A stretch of DNA of 64,000 bases from contig CAMEXD010000002.1 of the NCBI GenBank assembly GCA_945947035.1, forward strand, positions 31,040-95,039, written 5' to 3'. The notes beneath the pieces were generated by a model. The model saw only the letters and a program-made list of their open reading frames with translations. It had not been told where the DNA came from and did not search any database. The DNA is from an uncultured Mycoplasma sp. Its GTDB lineage: Bacteria; Bacillota_I; Bacilli_A; RF39; UBA660. Shown here one piece after another: positions 19,246 to 29,325 of the stretch (within the stretch, counting starts at the first letter, position 1; every line of letters begins with the position of its first letter). The position numbers and the translations under genes were made by a program.

Positions 19246-21102
19246 TTAATTATTTTTTACTAATTTATATATTTTAAATAAAACTGCTACAATAGAAAGT
19301 CCTAATAAAATTTTAACAAAAGTATAAATTCCTGTATTGATTCCTGTATATGGTGGATTTGGATATTCATAATCTGGTCCTCCAATATCATTTTCATATC
19401 CACATTCTTCAATTACATAATTTACTTTATTAACTTTCTTTGTTTCTTCTTTTAATACATCATATTTTAAATCATATTCATAAACAACTGATGTTGTTTT
19501 AACATAATAATCTAAACTAGCAGAAGATGCAAATATTTCCTTCATGAAATTAGAAATAATAACATATTTTGTTGTTTCTTCTTCTACAGATACTGTTGCA
19601 TTAACAACATAAGAGAATCCATAAATTGTTTTAACATAACTAAGTTCTACTTCTTCTGTTTCTTTATATTTGGTTCCACTTAAAACATAAGCAAATTTTG
19701 GAGTTGAATAACCTTCAATAAGATGTGAAATTTTATCACAAGTCATAACAATATTATTTCCTTCTTTAGTAAAGGTATATGTTCCCCAATTGTTTCCAAT
19801 AAATGATAAATCATGAGCTTTAAAGCCATTAATCCAAGTTATTTGACTCTTTGTAATATTTCTTGTTGAACCATCAAAATCATTAATATTATTGTATGTT
19901 CTTACAAAATTATCTTTTTCTGTTTCATTTAAAGCAAATTCAGTCCATACTGCTAAATTTCCACTACCTTGTTTAATTAAAATGTAATTAGTATCACTAT
20001 AAGAAAATTGATATCTAGTATTACTATCAAATTTTTCTCCTGTTTTAACTTCTCCTGTAATTCCTTTATAGATTTTTTCATAATCATAATCTACAGTATA
20101 TCCTAAATCTTTTAAACTTTTAACATAGTTTTCTAATTCTTCTAAAGTATTATAAGTACCACTAATTGTTTCTTCTTCACCTTTTACTGGAGTTATAACA
20201 GTAGTTAATTTTCCTAAAGAACTATCAATAGAATTTTCTTCTAACCATTTTTCAAGTTCACTTTGATTTTCAAATTTTAATGTTCCTCTTGTTGTTGTAT
20301 CATTATTATTTCTTACTTTTGATACGCTTCCATTATTAGTATTGTATTCTCTTTGAAATTCTTGTAATTTTTCATTTGCAAGTTCTTCAGTTTCAAACGT
20401 ATCATTATCATTTAAATCACTATAATTTAGTTCTTCTGTTATAGTAATTGTTTCTTCTTTTACTTCATTTTTAACAAATTCATATCCATCTAATGTTGGA
20501 GTATAATTTTCTGCAAAATCCTTTGCTTCTTTTTCTGTATCAAAATATACAGTTTCATTATTATTAGTATATTTAACATCTTTTAAATCTACACTAATAC
20601 TAGATTTAGCTGTAATATCATATACTAATTCTTGATTACTTGCTAATGATTTTTTTAGATTATCTATCTCACTAGCACAATCTAAAGTTAAACATACCAT
20701 GCTACTTTTAGCACCATCTGAAGTAGTAAGTATTTCTCTTTGTGAAATTACATATTCACCTTTTACATATGGTTTTTCTAATTTAATACCATCAAAATAA
20801 CTAATAGCATCAGCTTCTTTTTTAAATACTTCAGAAACTTCTACAGTTTCATAAAAAGATTTAGTTGTTTCTTCATTTGTTTCTATAACATTCATAACAT
20901 ATCTATGTGTATAATGTCCATAGCCATCTTTATTTAATTCTTCAACCTTTAATTTTAAACTATTTTCAAATTCATCCATAGATAAAACATCAACATCTTT
21001 TGTGCCACTTTCATATAATTTGCAAATTTGTTCTTCTTGGGCATTTACTACTAATGGCATAAATAATAATAAAGCTAATGTAAATAATTTAAATTTCTTC
21101 AT
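19246..21102 (-). CDS. Sortase-anchored surface protein with repeated acidic modules
   Basis: Signal peptide MKKFKLFTLALLLFMPLVVNA. C-terminus NPPYTG followed by a hydrophobic stretch and KLVKNN. It overlaps the sortase gene upstream. Confidence 0.75.
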   Translation of the reverse strand: MKKFKLFTLALLLFMPLVVNAQEEQICKLYESGTKDVDVLSMDEFENSLKLKVEELNKDGYGHYTHRYVMNVIETNEETTKSFYETVEVSEVFKKEADAISYFDGIKLEKPYVKGEYVISQREILTTSDGAKSSMVCLTLDCASEIDNLKKSLASNQELVYDITAKSSISVDLKDVKYTNNNETVYFDTEKEAKDFAENYTPTLDGYEFVKNEVKEETITITEELNYSDLNDNDTFETEELANEKLQEFQREYNTNNGSVSKVRNNNDTTTRGTLKFENQSELEKWLEENSIDSSLGKLTTVITPVKGEEETISGTYNTLEELENYVKSLKDLGYTVDYDYEKIYKGITGEVKTGEKFDSNTRYQFSYSDTNYILIKQGSGNLAVWTEFALNETEKDNFVRTYNNINDFDGSTRNITKSQITWINGFKAHDLSFIGNNWGTYTFTKEGNNIVMTCDKISHLIEGYSTPKFAYVLSGTKYKETEEVELSYVKTIYGFSYVVNATVSVEEETTKYVIISNFMKEIFASSASLDYYVKTTSVVYEYDLKYDVLKEETKKVNKVNYVIEECGYENDIGGPDYEYPNPPYTGINTGIYTFVKILLGLSIVAVLFKIYKLVKNN

Positions 21103-21919
21103 TTAAAACCCTCCTTAATATTATAAGTAAATATTTTTTTTGATAATTACGATATGCTTTATTTGTACTACAAGTTTGAAGTATAAGTATTTCATCATTA
21201 CTAGATAACTCTACATCACTATCATATATAGATCTATATTTTAATTTTTCTAGATGATTTAGGTAATCTTCTTCATTATCAAAATCTAGATTCATATAAG
21301 AAAAATCAATAGTTTCTACATAAACAGAAAACACTTCATAAACTTTTCTTGTAGTACTTGTTGTAAGTTCAACAATTTTATTCCTCTCGTAAAAATCTCT
21401 ATCATCAAATTCTTCTAAAACATTAAATGGTGCTTTAATGTTAGAAGAACCATGACCAAAAATAATTAATTTTTTGCTAGAGTCTATGTCTACTCTATAA
21501 TCTAGAAAAACAGCTCCAGCAATACTTCTATTACCATACAAATTATGATTTGTATAATAATCATTATCACTACTTTGAACAACTGGTATAGAAAAATTTG
21601 CATTTTCTAATTTTAATAAACCAACAATGTCCTCATTATTATATTTTTCTTTCAACTTATCTATAATTTTTTTATTACTAATTACATCATTTAAATCATT
21701 AATTACTATATTAGTCATTATTTCTTCATCAAAATCAATATTTTTATAATCATTATTTAGATATTTATTAATTAAATATAAAAGTATCAACAAAATAACT
21801 AATATAAAAATAAGTATTATAATTTTAAATATCTTTTTTTTCTTATATTCATCCATAAGCCCCACCACAGATTCATTTAAGTAATTAGTTATTCTAATCA
21901 TAATTATCTGTTTTGTCAA
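21089..21919 (-). CDS. Sortase (class B-like)
   Basis: N-terminal TM. Catalytic His in LIIFGHGSS, Cys in ILILQTCST, Arg in LIILRRV. The start codon is uncertain; MDEYKKKK is a possible start. Confidence 0.8.
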   Translation of the reverse strand: MTKQIIMIRITNYLNESVVGLMDEYKKKKIFKIIILIFILVILLILLYLINKYLNNDYKNIDFDEEIMTNIVINDLNDVISNKKIIDKLKEKYNNEDIVGLLKLENANFSIPVVQSSDNDYYTNHNLYGNRSIAGAVFLDYRVDIDSSKKLIIFGHGSSNIKAPFNVLEEFDDRDFYERNKIVELTTSTTRKVYEVFSVYVETIDFSYMNLDFDNEEDYLNHLEKLKYRSIYDSDVELSSNDEILILQTCSTNKAYRNYQKKYLLIILRRVLNEEI

Positions 21920-22061
21920 GTTTTTTTTAACTAATAATTATAATTAATTTTTTATAATATTCTAATAATATTCTATGCATTATATTATCGTTAATTATTC
22001 TTTGCATAGTTTGTATTTTAACTTTATCATTACAATAACTATAAATTTGTCGAAATCTATA

Positions 22062-22100
22062 ACAAAATAAAAAAATAGATACATTTTTATTGCATCTATT
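22062..22100 (-). terminator. Rho-independent terminator after the 754-aa gene
   Basis: The minus strand reads AATAGATGC-loop-GTATCTATT followed by TTTTTATTTT. Confidence 0.6.
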
Positions 22101-22126
22101 TTTTACACATACTTAATTTGATTTAT

Positions 22127-24376
22127 TTAACAATATTTATATTGTCCACAATATCTAACTCTATAAATTTCATAATTACCACTAGCTGATGTATAGCACC
22201 AACTATATTGTATAGATGATGTACTTTTTGGATCTGGATCATCAATTGGTATACTAGTACTACATCCGCTCCATGCATTCCATTTAGCACAACCACACAC
22301 TTTACCACTAGTAGTACCATCAGAACCATTAGAATTAGAATTACTATCATCATCTCCACCAATAATTATAGTGTTACCTCCACCAGAAGATGAAGAACCA
22401 CCACCACTACTAATAGAAGAATTTTTCTTAGCAATAGCATATAAAGTTATATTAGAAGATAAAGTTATTGAATCCCCTGCTTTATAAGAAGCAGTTGTTG
22501 CAGAAGAAGATGTATTCCAACCAAGTGCACTATAGCCACTTATAGCAGCAACAGAAGGAGCAGTAATATTACAAGACTTATTAGTACCAGAAGTAGTACA
22601 TGATAATGAAGTAGCTCCTATATTAGAAATACCTGTTGTAGTTTTAAATGTAGCAGTAAAGGTTTGTGATACAGAACCAGTTCCTGCAACAGTATGAGTG
22701 CAATTAATAGAATTACCAGCCCAATCAGTAATAGTCATCTTTTTAACATAAGTATATGAATTAATATCAAATGTAAAAGTTTGATTTCCATCAATTTTAG
22801 TTCCTACAACTGAAGATGATTTGTCTGTTCCATCTGGTTTAAGAACATAACGAACACCAGAAGTATCATCACTCCAAGTAAATTTAACAGATTGAGAAGT
22901 GGCAGTATTAGTTAAAGGAGTAATAGTACATCTTGGTTGAATTTTATCAACAATAACTTTAGATCCATCTGTTGTTTTAGTAATTTCTGCTCCAGTATTT
23001 CCTGCTTTATCTTTATAAGAACTTATCAAAAAACTTACTTCCCCTTCTGGTGTTGTATTAACTACTTTACCAACTGCTTTACAAGTTTGACCATCGCAAG
23101 TTGTTGTTACTGCACTACCACCAATTTTAACAGATGGTTTTGTTCCAAGTTGTTCATTCACTACAAATTCAAGTGTTATCTTATCATCTTTTTTTGCATA
23201 TGTTTTATATTGATTATTACTATATATTTTTACACTTGTTATTTTTGGTGCAGTAGTATCTTTAGAAGGTGTTGTTGGATTTGAGGGATTAGTTGAAGTT
23301 GATTTGTTGTTAACAGTAACATCTATTAAAACGCTAAAATTTCCATCTTCAGTCGTTCCCTTAACAATTGCTTTTCCTTTTCCTACTCCAGTTATCTTTC
23401 CTGAACTTGAAACTGTTGCAACCCCACTATTACTAGTTTGCCATTTAATATTTTTATTAGTTGCATTACTTGGTTCTATAGTAGTTTTTAATTGTTCACT
23501 ACTTCCAACTGTTAAAACTACCTTTGTCTTGTTTACTTTTAATCCTTTAACTGCAACCAAATCTGTTCCAACATTAACTGTTTTTGTAATTTCTTTACCA
23601 TCACTTGTAAAAGTTATAGTTGTAGTTCCCTTTTTTAATCCTACTAAATTACCATTATTATCTATTTTTACAATCTCAGTATCTGCTATTTTATACTGTA
23701 AATCATTAAAGCACTCGTCGTCATCACCTAAGTCTATATTTAATTTTATTGGTTTATCAATAACAGCAGTTAACTCATCACTATTAAATGATTCATCAGA
23801 TAATCTTCTACAAATTACTATTTCTTTTTCAACACCTGGAAGTTTTACATCTTCAAGTTGTCCTGATACTTCTAAAACAAATCTTCCTGTTGTTATTGGA
23901 ATTAATTCATTTGTAGCAGTTTTACCTTTTACATATCCTTTTGCTTTTACTTCAACAATACTATTATTTGACGTATCAAATTTATAAACAGCATTTTTTA
24001 AGTTTCCACTACCAGTTGCTTTAACTGTTACATTTTCTTTTTCACCAACATAAATAATATCTGGTGCTGTAAGTTTTATTTCTTTTAATGTTCCATTTGT
24101 TAAAACACAACCTCTAACTAATAAAACTATTAAAAGTAAAAGAATAAGAAATCCAATCAAACCATAAAATAACATTTTATTTTTATTTATTTCTTTTGGT
24201 TCTTCTTCATCAAATACTTCTTCTTCAAATTCTTCGCCATCACCATATTCTATTGTAGCATCGTTAAATTCATTTGTTTTTAAATCTTCATTATAGGAAA
24301 AATTTCCTTCATCTTCATATTCGTTATAATTATCATCATTTTTCTTGTTCTTTTTGTTAAACATATTACCAAACAC
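22127..24376 (-). CDS. Type II-anchored large surface protein: Big_2 Ig-like domain, Ig-like repeats, Listeria/Bacteroides-type repeat, Cys-rich C-terminal module
   Basis: Acidic N-terminus then TM MLFYGLIGFLILLLLIVLLV. Big_2-like LKVNKTKVVLTVGSSEQLKTTIEPSNATNKNIKWQTSNSGVATV. GYSALGWNTS...ITLYAIAKK repeat. The C-terminus has 6 Cys. The likely start is the GTG at 24376, 6 nt after GGGAGGG; the track uses a TTG that lies inside that SD. Confidence 0.8.
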   Translation of the reverse strand: MFGNMFNKKNKKNDDNYNEYEDEGNFSYNEDLKTNEFNDATIEYGDGEEFEEEVFDEEEPKEINKNKMLFYGLIGFLILLLLIVLLVRGCVLTNGTLKEIKLTAPDIIYVGEKENVTVKATGSGNLKNAVYKFDTSNNSIVEVKAKGYVKGKTATNELIPITTGRFVLEVSGQLEDVKLPGVEKEIVICRRLSDESFNSDELTAVIDKPIKLNIDLGDDDECFNDLQYKIADTEIVKIDNNGNLVGLKKGTTTITFTSDGKEITKTVNVGTDLVAVKGLKVNKTKVVLTVGSSEQLKTTIEPSNATNKNIKWQTSNSGVATVSSSGKITGVGKGKAIVKGTTEDGNFSVLIDVTVNNKSTSTNPSNPTTPSKDTTAPKITSVKIYSNNQYKTYAKKDDKITLEFVVNEQLGTKPSVKIGGSAVTTTCDGQTCKAVGKVVNTTPEGEVSFLISSYKDKAGNTGAEITKTTDGSKVIVDKIQPRCTITPLTNTATSQSVKFTWSDDTSGVRYVLKPDGTDKSSSVVGTKIDGNQTFTFDINSYTYVKKMTITDWAGNSINCTHTVAGTGSVSQTFTATFKTTTGISNIGATSLSCTTSGTNKSCNITAPSVAAISGYSALGWNTSSSATTASYKAGDSITLSSNITLYAIAKKNSSISSGGGSSSSGGGNTIIIGGDDDSNSNSNGSDGTTSGKVCGCAKWNAWSGCSTSIPIDDPDPKSTSSIQYSWCYTSASGNYEIYRVRYCGQYKYC

Positions 24377-24439
24377 AATAATCCCTCCCAATTATTATCT
24401 AAAACTAGTATATATTTTTTTAATTTTTTAGTCAAGGAA

Positions 24440-24470
24440 TAATTTAAAAAGTAGCATTTTTTTGCTACTT
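24440..24470 (-). terminator. Probable terminator after proS
   Basis: AAGTAGCA / TGCTACTT stem directly after the TAA stop. The U-tract is short. Confidence 0.5.
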
Positions 24471-25886
24471 TTAATATTGAATTCCCCAAATAACTAATTC
24501 TTTAGCAGGCTTGCCACAAACAACGCAACAATCATCAATTTTCTCATCATCTATAATACAACGTGATTTTATACCTTTTATCTCTTTCATTTTTTCTTCG
24601 CAGCAAGTATCTCCACACCACATTGCTTTAATAAATCCAGGTTGAGTATTAATTATTTTTTCTACTTCAGATAAATTATGCGCAACAAAAGTTAAATCAT
24701 CACGTCTTTTTTTAGCTTTTTCAAATAAATCATTTTGGATAATTTCAAGTAATTTATTAACTACTTCTACTATATCATTATCTATATCAACTTTAATTTT
24801 TTCATAATTATCACGTCTTGATAATGTTATTTTATTTTCTTTTAAATCTCTTTCTCCAACTTCAATTCTTAATGGAATACCATTTACTTCAGCTTCAGCA
24901 AATTTATATCCTGGAGTTTTTTCACTTTCATCTATTTCTACTCTAATACCAGAACATTTTAACTTATTATAAATTTCATATGCTTTGTCTTTAGCATTAC
25001 CAATTGGTATAACAACAACTTGAATTGGTGCAATTTTTGGAGGTAAAATAAGTCCATTATCATCCCCATGAACCATTATTAAGGCTCCAATCATACGAGT
25101 TGTTACTCCCCAAGATGTTTGATAAACATATTCATATTTATTTTCTCTATTTAAGAATTTAATATCATATGCTTTAGAAAATTTTTGTCCAAAATAGTGA
25201 CTTGTTCCAGATTGAAGAGCAATACCATTATACATAAGAGATTCTATAGTTAAGGTATATTCAGCTCCAGCAAATTTTTCTTTTTCAGTTTTTCTTCCTG
25301 TTATAACTGGAATTGCAAGATATTCCTCAAAGAAATTTTTATAAATGTCAAGAATCATTCTTGTTTCATTTTCTGCTTCTTCTTTGGTTTCATGAATTGT
25401 ATGACCTTCTTGCCATAAAAATTCTCTACTTCTTAAAAATGGTCTTGTTTCTTTTTCCCATCTAAGTACATTACACCATTGATTATATTTTAATGGCAAA
25501 TCTCTATATGATTTTACAATAGTACTATAATAATCACTAAATAATGTTTCGCTAGTTGGTCTTATACACATTCTTTCATCAAGTTTTTTACTTCCACCTT
25601 CAGTTACCCAAGCAACTTCTGGTGCAAAACCTTTTATTAAATCACTTTCTTTTTTCAAAAGATTTTCAGGAATAAGCATTGGCATACTTACATTTTTATG
25701 ACCAGTTTCTTTAAATTTTTTATCTAAAACTTGTTGCATATTTTCCCATATTGCATAACCATTTGGTTCTATAACTATACAACCTTTAGTATTAGAATAA
25801 CTTGCAAGATGAGACATTCTTACAACATCTGTATACCACTTTGCAAAATCTACATCACGAGATGTAATTGAATCATTTTTAATCAT
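24471..25886 (-). CDS. proS: Prolyl-tRNA synthetase (archaeal/eukaryote-like short type)
   Basis: N-terminus SRDVDFAKWYTDVV. Class II motifs. C-terminal zinc-like CGDTCCE...CCVCGK, ending in Y. Confidence 0.9.
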   Translation of the reverse strand: MIKNDSITSRDVDFAKWYTDVVRMSHLASYSNTKGCIVIEPNGYAIWENMQQVLDKKFKETGHKNVSMPMLIPENLLKKESDLIKGFAPEVAWVTEGGSKKLDERMCIRPTSETLFSDYYSTIVKSYRDLPLKYNQWCNVLRWEKETRPFLRSREFLWQEGHTIHETKEEAENETRMILDIYKNFFEEYLAIPVITGRKTEKEKFAGAEYTLTIESLMYNGIALQSGTSHYFGQKFSKAYDIKFLNRENKYEYVYQTSWGVTTRMIGALIMVHGDDNGLILPPKIAPIQVVVIPIGNAKDKAYEIYNKLKCSGIRVEIDESEKTPGYKFAEAEVNGIPLRIEVGERDLKENKITLSRRDNYEKIKVDIDNDIVEVVNKLLEIIQNDLFEKAKKRRDDLTFVAHNLSEVEKIINTQPGFIKAMWCGDTCCEEKMKEIKGIKSRCIIDDEKIDDCCVVCGKPAKELVIWGIQY

Positions 25887-25972
25887 AAATAACCACCTAT
25901 ATATATATTAACACAAAATTATTATAACTGACATATTTTTTATTAAAAAAGAACTACATAGTTTGTAATTCT

Positions 25973-27784
25973 TTATTTCATTTCTTTTCCTGCTTGTCTA
26001 AATCTTTCTTTATCATCAAGAATTTTTTTTCTAAGTCTAATCGCATCAGGAGTAAGTTCTACATATTCATCATCTTCAATAAATTCTAATGCTTCTTCTA
26101 AAGTGAATTTTTTTGGAGTGATAAGTGTTAATGCTTCATCTGAACCAGAAGCACGAGTATTAGTTAAATTTTTATTTTTACAAGGATTAACATTTAAATC
26201 ATTATCTCTATTATGAATACCTATAATCATTCCTTTATAAACTTCTGTTGCTGGTTCTATTATTAAAGTACCACGATCACTTAAATTGAATAAAGAAAAT
26301 GCCATTGCCTTTCCATCTTCCATAGAAACAAGTACACCATTTTTTCTTCTTCTTACTTCTCCAACGTATGGTTTATAGTTTTCATAACTTCTTACCATGA
26401 TACCTTCACCTTTAGTATTAGTAATAAAGTTAGAACGATATCCGATTAAACCTCTTGTTGGACAAGAAAATTCTAATTTTGTATAGCTTTCATCATTTGT
26501 TATTGAAAGAAGATTACCTTTTCTTTCATTTAAATCATTTATTATTGTTCCAGCATAATCGTTTGGACATGAAATAAGTACTCTTTCAAATGGTTCACAT
26601 TTTACTCCATCAATTTCTTTAAATAAAACAACTGGTTTTGATACTGAAAGTTCGTATCCTTCTCTTCTCATTTCTTCAAGCAAAATTGATAAATGAAGTT
26701 CACCACGACCAGATACTTTATACCCATCTGCTCCATTTAAACTTTCAACACGAAGTCCAACATTTGTTTCAAGTTCACGATCTAATCTTTCTTTAATATG
26801 ACGATTAGTTAAAAACTTACCTGAACGTCCTGCGAATGGACTAGAGTTTACTAAGAAATTCATTGACATAGTTGGTTCTTCTATTTCAATTGGTGGAAGT
26901 GGATCAATATTATTTAAATCACAAATTGTATCTCCAATTGATATATCAGAAACAGTTTGAACTGTAACAATTTCACCATAATAAGCTTCTTTTACTTCAC
27001 GACGTTCTATTCCTTCGTTAACAAAGATTTTTCCAACTCTTTGATTTTCAATTTTACCATCATTTTTAGATACAGCAACCATTGCGCCACTTTTTAATAC
27101 TCCTTTTGTTATTCTACCAACTCCAAGTCTTCCTAAATAATCATCATAAGACAAACTTGATATTTGAAGTTGTAAAGGATCATTTTCGCTTCCAGCATAT
27201 ACAGGAGTATGTTTTAAAATAGTTTCTAAAAGTGGCGTCATATCAGTTGAAGAATCATCTACTTCATATTTTGCTATACCATCTCTTGCTGTACCATAAA
27301 TAATAGGAAAATCTAGTTGTTTGTCATTAGCACCAAGTTCTACAAATAAATCAAATGTCATATTAACTACATCATCAATACGAGCATCTTTTTTATCAAT
27401 TTTGTTAATAAACAAAATAGGATTTAAATTTTGTTTTAAAGCTTGTTCTAGAACAAATCTAGTTTGTGGCATAACTCCTTCTTTACTATCAACAAGAAGA
27501 ATTACTGTATCAACAGTTTTTATAATACGTTCTACTTCTGAAGAAAAATCAGCATGTCCTGGAGTATCTACTATATTTATTTTATAATCCTTATATCTTA
27601 TTGAACAATTCTTGGAATAAATAGTAATTCCTCTTTCTCTTTCAAGATCATTACTATCCATAATTTGTGTCCCAACATTACTGGCATCACGAAAAGCCCC
27701 ATTTTGTTTAAGTAGTGCATCTACTAAAGTAGATTTACCAACATCGACGTGTGCAACAACCGCAATATTTATTATTTTATCCAT
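25973..27784 (-). CDS. typA: Translational GTPase TypA/BipA
   Basis: G motifs AHVDVGKSTL, DTPGHADF and NKIDK. EF-G-like domain order. Confidence 0.9.
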   Translation of the reverse strand: MDKIINIAVVAHVDVGKSTLVDALLKQNGAFRDASNVGTQIMDSNDLERERGITIYSKNCSIRYKDYKINIVDTPGHADFSSEVERIIKTVDTVILLVDSKEGVMPQTRFVLEQALKQNLNPILFINKIDKKDARIDDVVNMTFDLFVELGANDKQLDFPIIYGTARDGIAKYEVDDSSTDMTPLLETILKHTPVYAGSENDPLQLQISSLSYDDYLGRLGVGRITKGVLKSGAMVAVSKNDGKIENQRVGKIFVNEGIERREVKEAYYGEIVTVQTVSDISIGDTICDLNNIDPLPPIEIEEPTMSMNFLVNSSPFAGRSGKFLTNRHIKERLDRELETNVGLRVESLNGADGYKVSGRGELHLSILLEEMRREGYELSVSKPVVLFKEIDGVKCEPFERVLISCPNDYAGTIINDLNERKGNLLSITNDESYTKLEFSCPTRGLIGYRSNFITNTKGEGIMVRSYENYKPYVGEVRRRKNGVLVSMEDGKAMAFSLFNLSDRGTLIIEPATEVYKGMIIGIHNRDNDLNVNPCKNKNLTNTRASGSDEALTLITPKKFTLEEALEFIEDDEYVELTPDAIRLRKKILDDKERFRQAGKEMK

Positions 27785-27872
27785 ATTTTTCTACACCCTC
27801 TTTTTTTGAAAATCTCTAAAATTATACTACAAAATTAGACAAATTACAATAGGAATATGGCAAAAACTACTT

Positions 27873-29204
27873 TTAATTGTTACTTTTAATAGTTTCCAAA
27901 GCCAAATCAATAAGTTTAGGTAAATATTCAATCATAAATAATGGTACATTAAGTAAATTACCATCTAAGCTTAAATTTTTCATTGAAAGTCTTATTCTCA
28001 ACTTAGGATTATATTTTTCATTATATTTAGTTAAACTAATATTATTTATATTCTTTCCAGATTTAACTTCAATAGGTATAATTTCGTTTTTTGTTTGAAG
28101 AACATAATCAATTTCAAAGTTATCAAATGTATAATAAGAAATACAATTGCCATAAATATTTTTTAACATATTTAAAATATAATTTTCTGTTAATGATCCT
28201 TTATATTCGCCATATATATCATCTTTTGCTATTGCTATTTTGCTATCAATATTTGTTTTACTTCTTAATAGACCAACATCATTTAAATAAATTTTAAAAG
28301 ATGTTAAATCATGGTAAGCTGAAAGTGGAAGTTCAGGTTTAGTAACATTATTTATTTTTAATACTATATCAGCATCTTTTAACCAATTAATTGCATCTTC
28401 ATATTCTCTAGCTCTTGCGCCTTCTTTTATAACTTGATATAAAAATTTCTTATTATTTTTTGCAAGTTGAGATGGGATACTATTCCATACTAATGATATT
28501 TTATTACTTTCACTATTAGTAGTATGTTTTGAAAAATCATTTTCATATGATCTTATAATACTGTCCTGAAGTCTATTTACCTCTTCAATATCTTTATTTA
28601 ATACCCAACTATCAACAACTTCCGGCATACCACCAATTATAAAATAAGCCTTAAGTTTTTCTTCAAGCGGTACAAAAAAAAGATCAGGTATAGCTTCAAT
28701 TTTATTAATTGATGAAAGATATTCTAACAAATTACCACAATTATCTGCTTTTAAAAATTCTGTAAATGTCATAGGAGTCATATCTAAAAAATCAACTTTC
28801 CCAACAGGAAATCCACTTTTTGATAGTTTTATACCAAGTAAACTACCAGCACAAACAATATGATAACTACTAGCATTTTCACAGAAATATTTTAAACTAT
28901 TTAAGGCATTGGGACACTCTTGAATTTCATCAAAAAATATTAATGTTTTTTCTTCACTTATTTTTTTTCCACAATAAAGTAATAAATTTTCAATTATTCT
29001 TTTTGGATCTTTAGTGTATTCAAAAATATTATATAAATTTTCATCATTGTCAAAGTTAAAATAAGCAATTGTTTCATAATTTTCTTTACCAAATTCATTC
29101 AATATATAAGTTTTTCCAACTTGTCTTGCTCCCCTTAAAATTAAAGGTTTTCTATTTTTTCTTAATTTCCACTTCAAAAGTTCATCCATAATTTTTCTTT
29201 CCAT
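27873..29204 (-). CDS. AAA-family ATPase with DUF4143-like C-terminus
   Basis: Walker A GARQVGKTY, Walker B LIFFDEIQ. The start is moved to MERKIM (ATG at 29204, SD AGAGGTG). Confidence 0.75.
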   Translation of the reverse strand: MERKIMDELLKWKLRKNRKPLILRGARQVGKTYILNEFGKENYETIAYFNFDNDENLYNIFEYTKDPKRIIENLLLYCGKKISEEKTLIFFDEIQECPNALNSLKYFCENASSYHIVCAGSLLGIKLSKSGFPVGKVDFLDMTPMTFTEFLKADNCGNLLEYLSSINKIEAIPDLFFVPLEEKLKAYFIIGGMPEVVDSWVLNKDIEEVNRLQDSIIRSYENDFSKHTTNSESNKISLVWNSIPSQLAKNNKKFLYQVIKEGARAREYEDAINWLKDADIVLKINNVTKPELPLSAYHDLTSFKIYLNDVGLLRSKTNIDSKIAIAKDDIYGEYKGSLTENYILNMLKNIYGNCISYYTFDNFEIDYVLQTKNEIIPIEVKSGKNINNISLTKYNEKYNPKLRIRLSMKNLSLDGNLLNVPLFMIEYLPKLIDLALETIKSNN

Positions 29205-29250
29205 AAGCTCTTCACCTCTTGTTACTATTATACAATAAAAAATGGCGAAA

Positions 29251-29325
29251 ATCACACTTTTTTGCCATTTTTATTTGAAAAAATCACATTTTTTCAAGTT
29301 TTTTTTATAAAATTATCACATTTTA
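29251..29325. repeat. Three phased copies of ATCACA(C/T)TTTT (candidate operator array)
   Basis: Copies start at 29251, 29283 and 29315, exactly 32 bp apart. Each is embedded in an A-run/T-run inverted repeat, for example GAAAAAAT-CAC-ATTTTTTC. Confidence 0.5.

Noticed and set aside
23304-23987. 227-aa plus-strand ORF (and the one at 22937-23284) inside the 754-aa surface protein gene
   Set aside because: It is antisense to a gene with clear domain content (Big_2, Ig-like repeats). The product is a low-complexity Leu/Phe/Ser/Thr string with no SD. This is a typical shadow ORF of an AT-rich coding region.
24280-24489. 69-aa minus-strand ORF spanning the proS stop, the intergenic terminator and the start of the 754-aa gene
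   Set aside because: It crosses a terminator hairpin and the SD of the downstream gene, is out of frame with both genes, and has no SD of its own.
25887-25972. T-box or other leader upstream of proS, and likewise upstream of gltX
   Set aside because: The spacers are too short and contain no GGUGGUACCGCG-like T-box sequence or terminator/antiterminator pair. Only thrS has a T-box.
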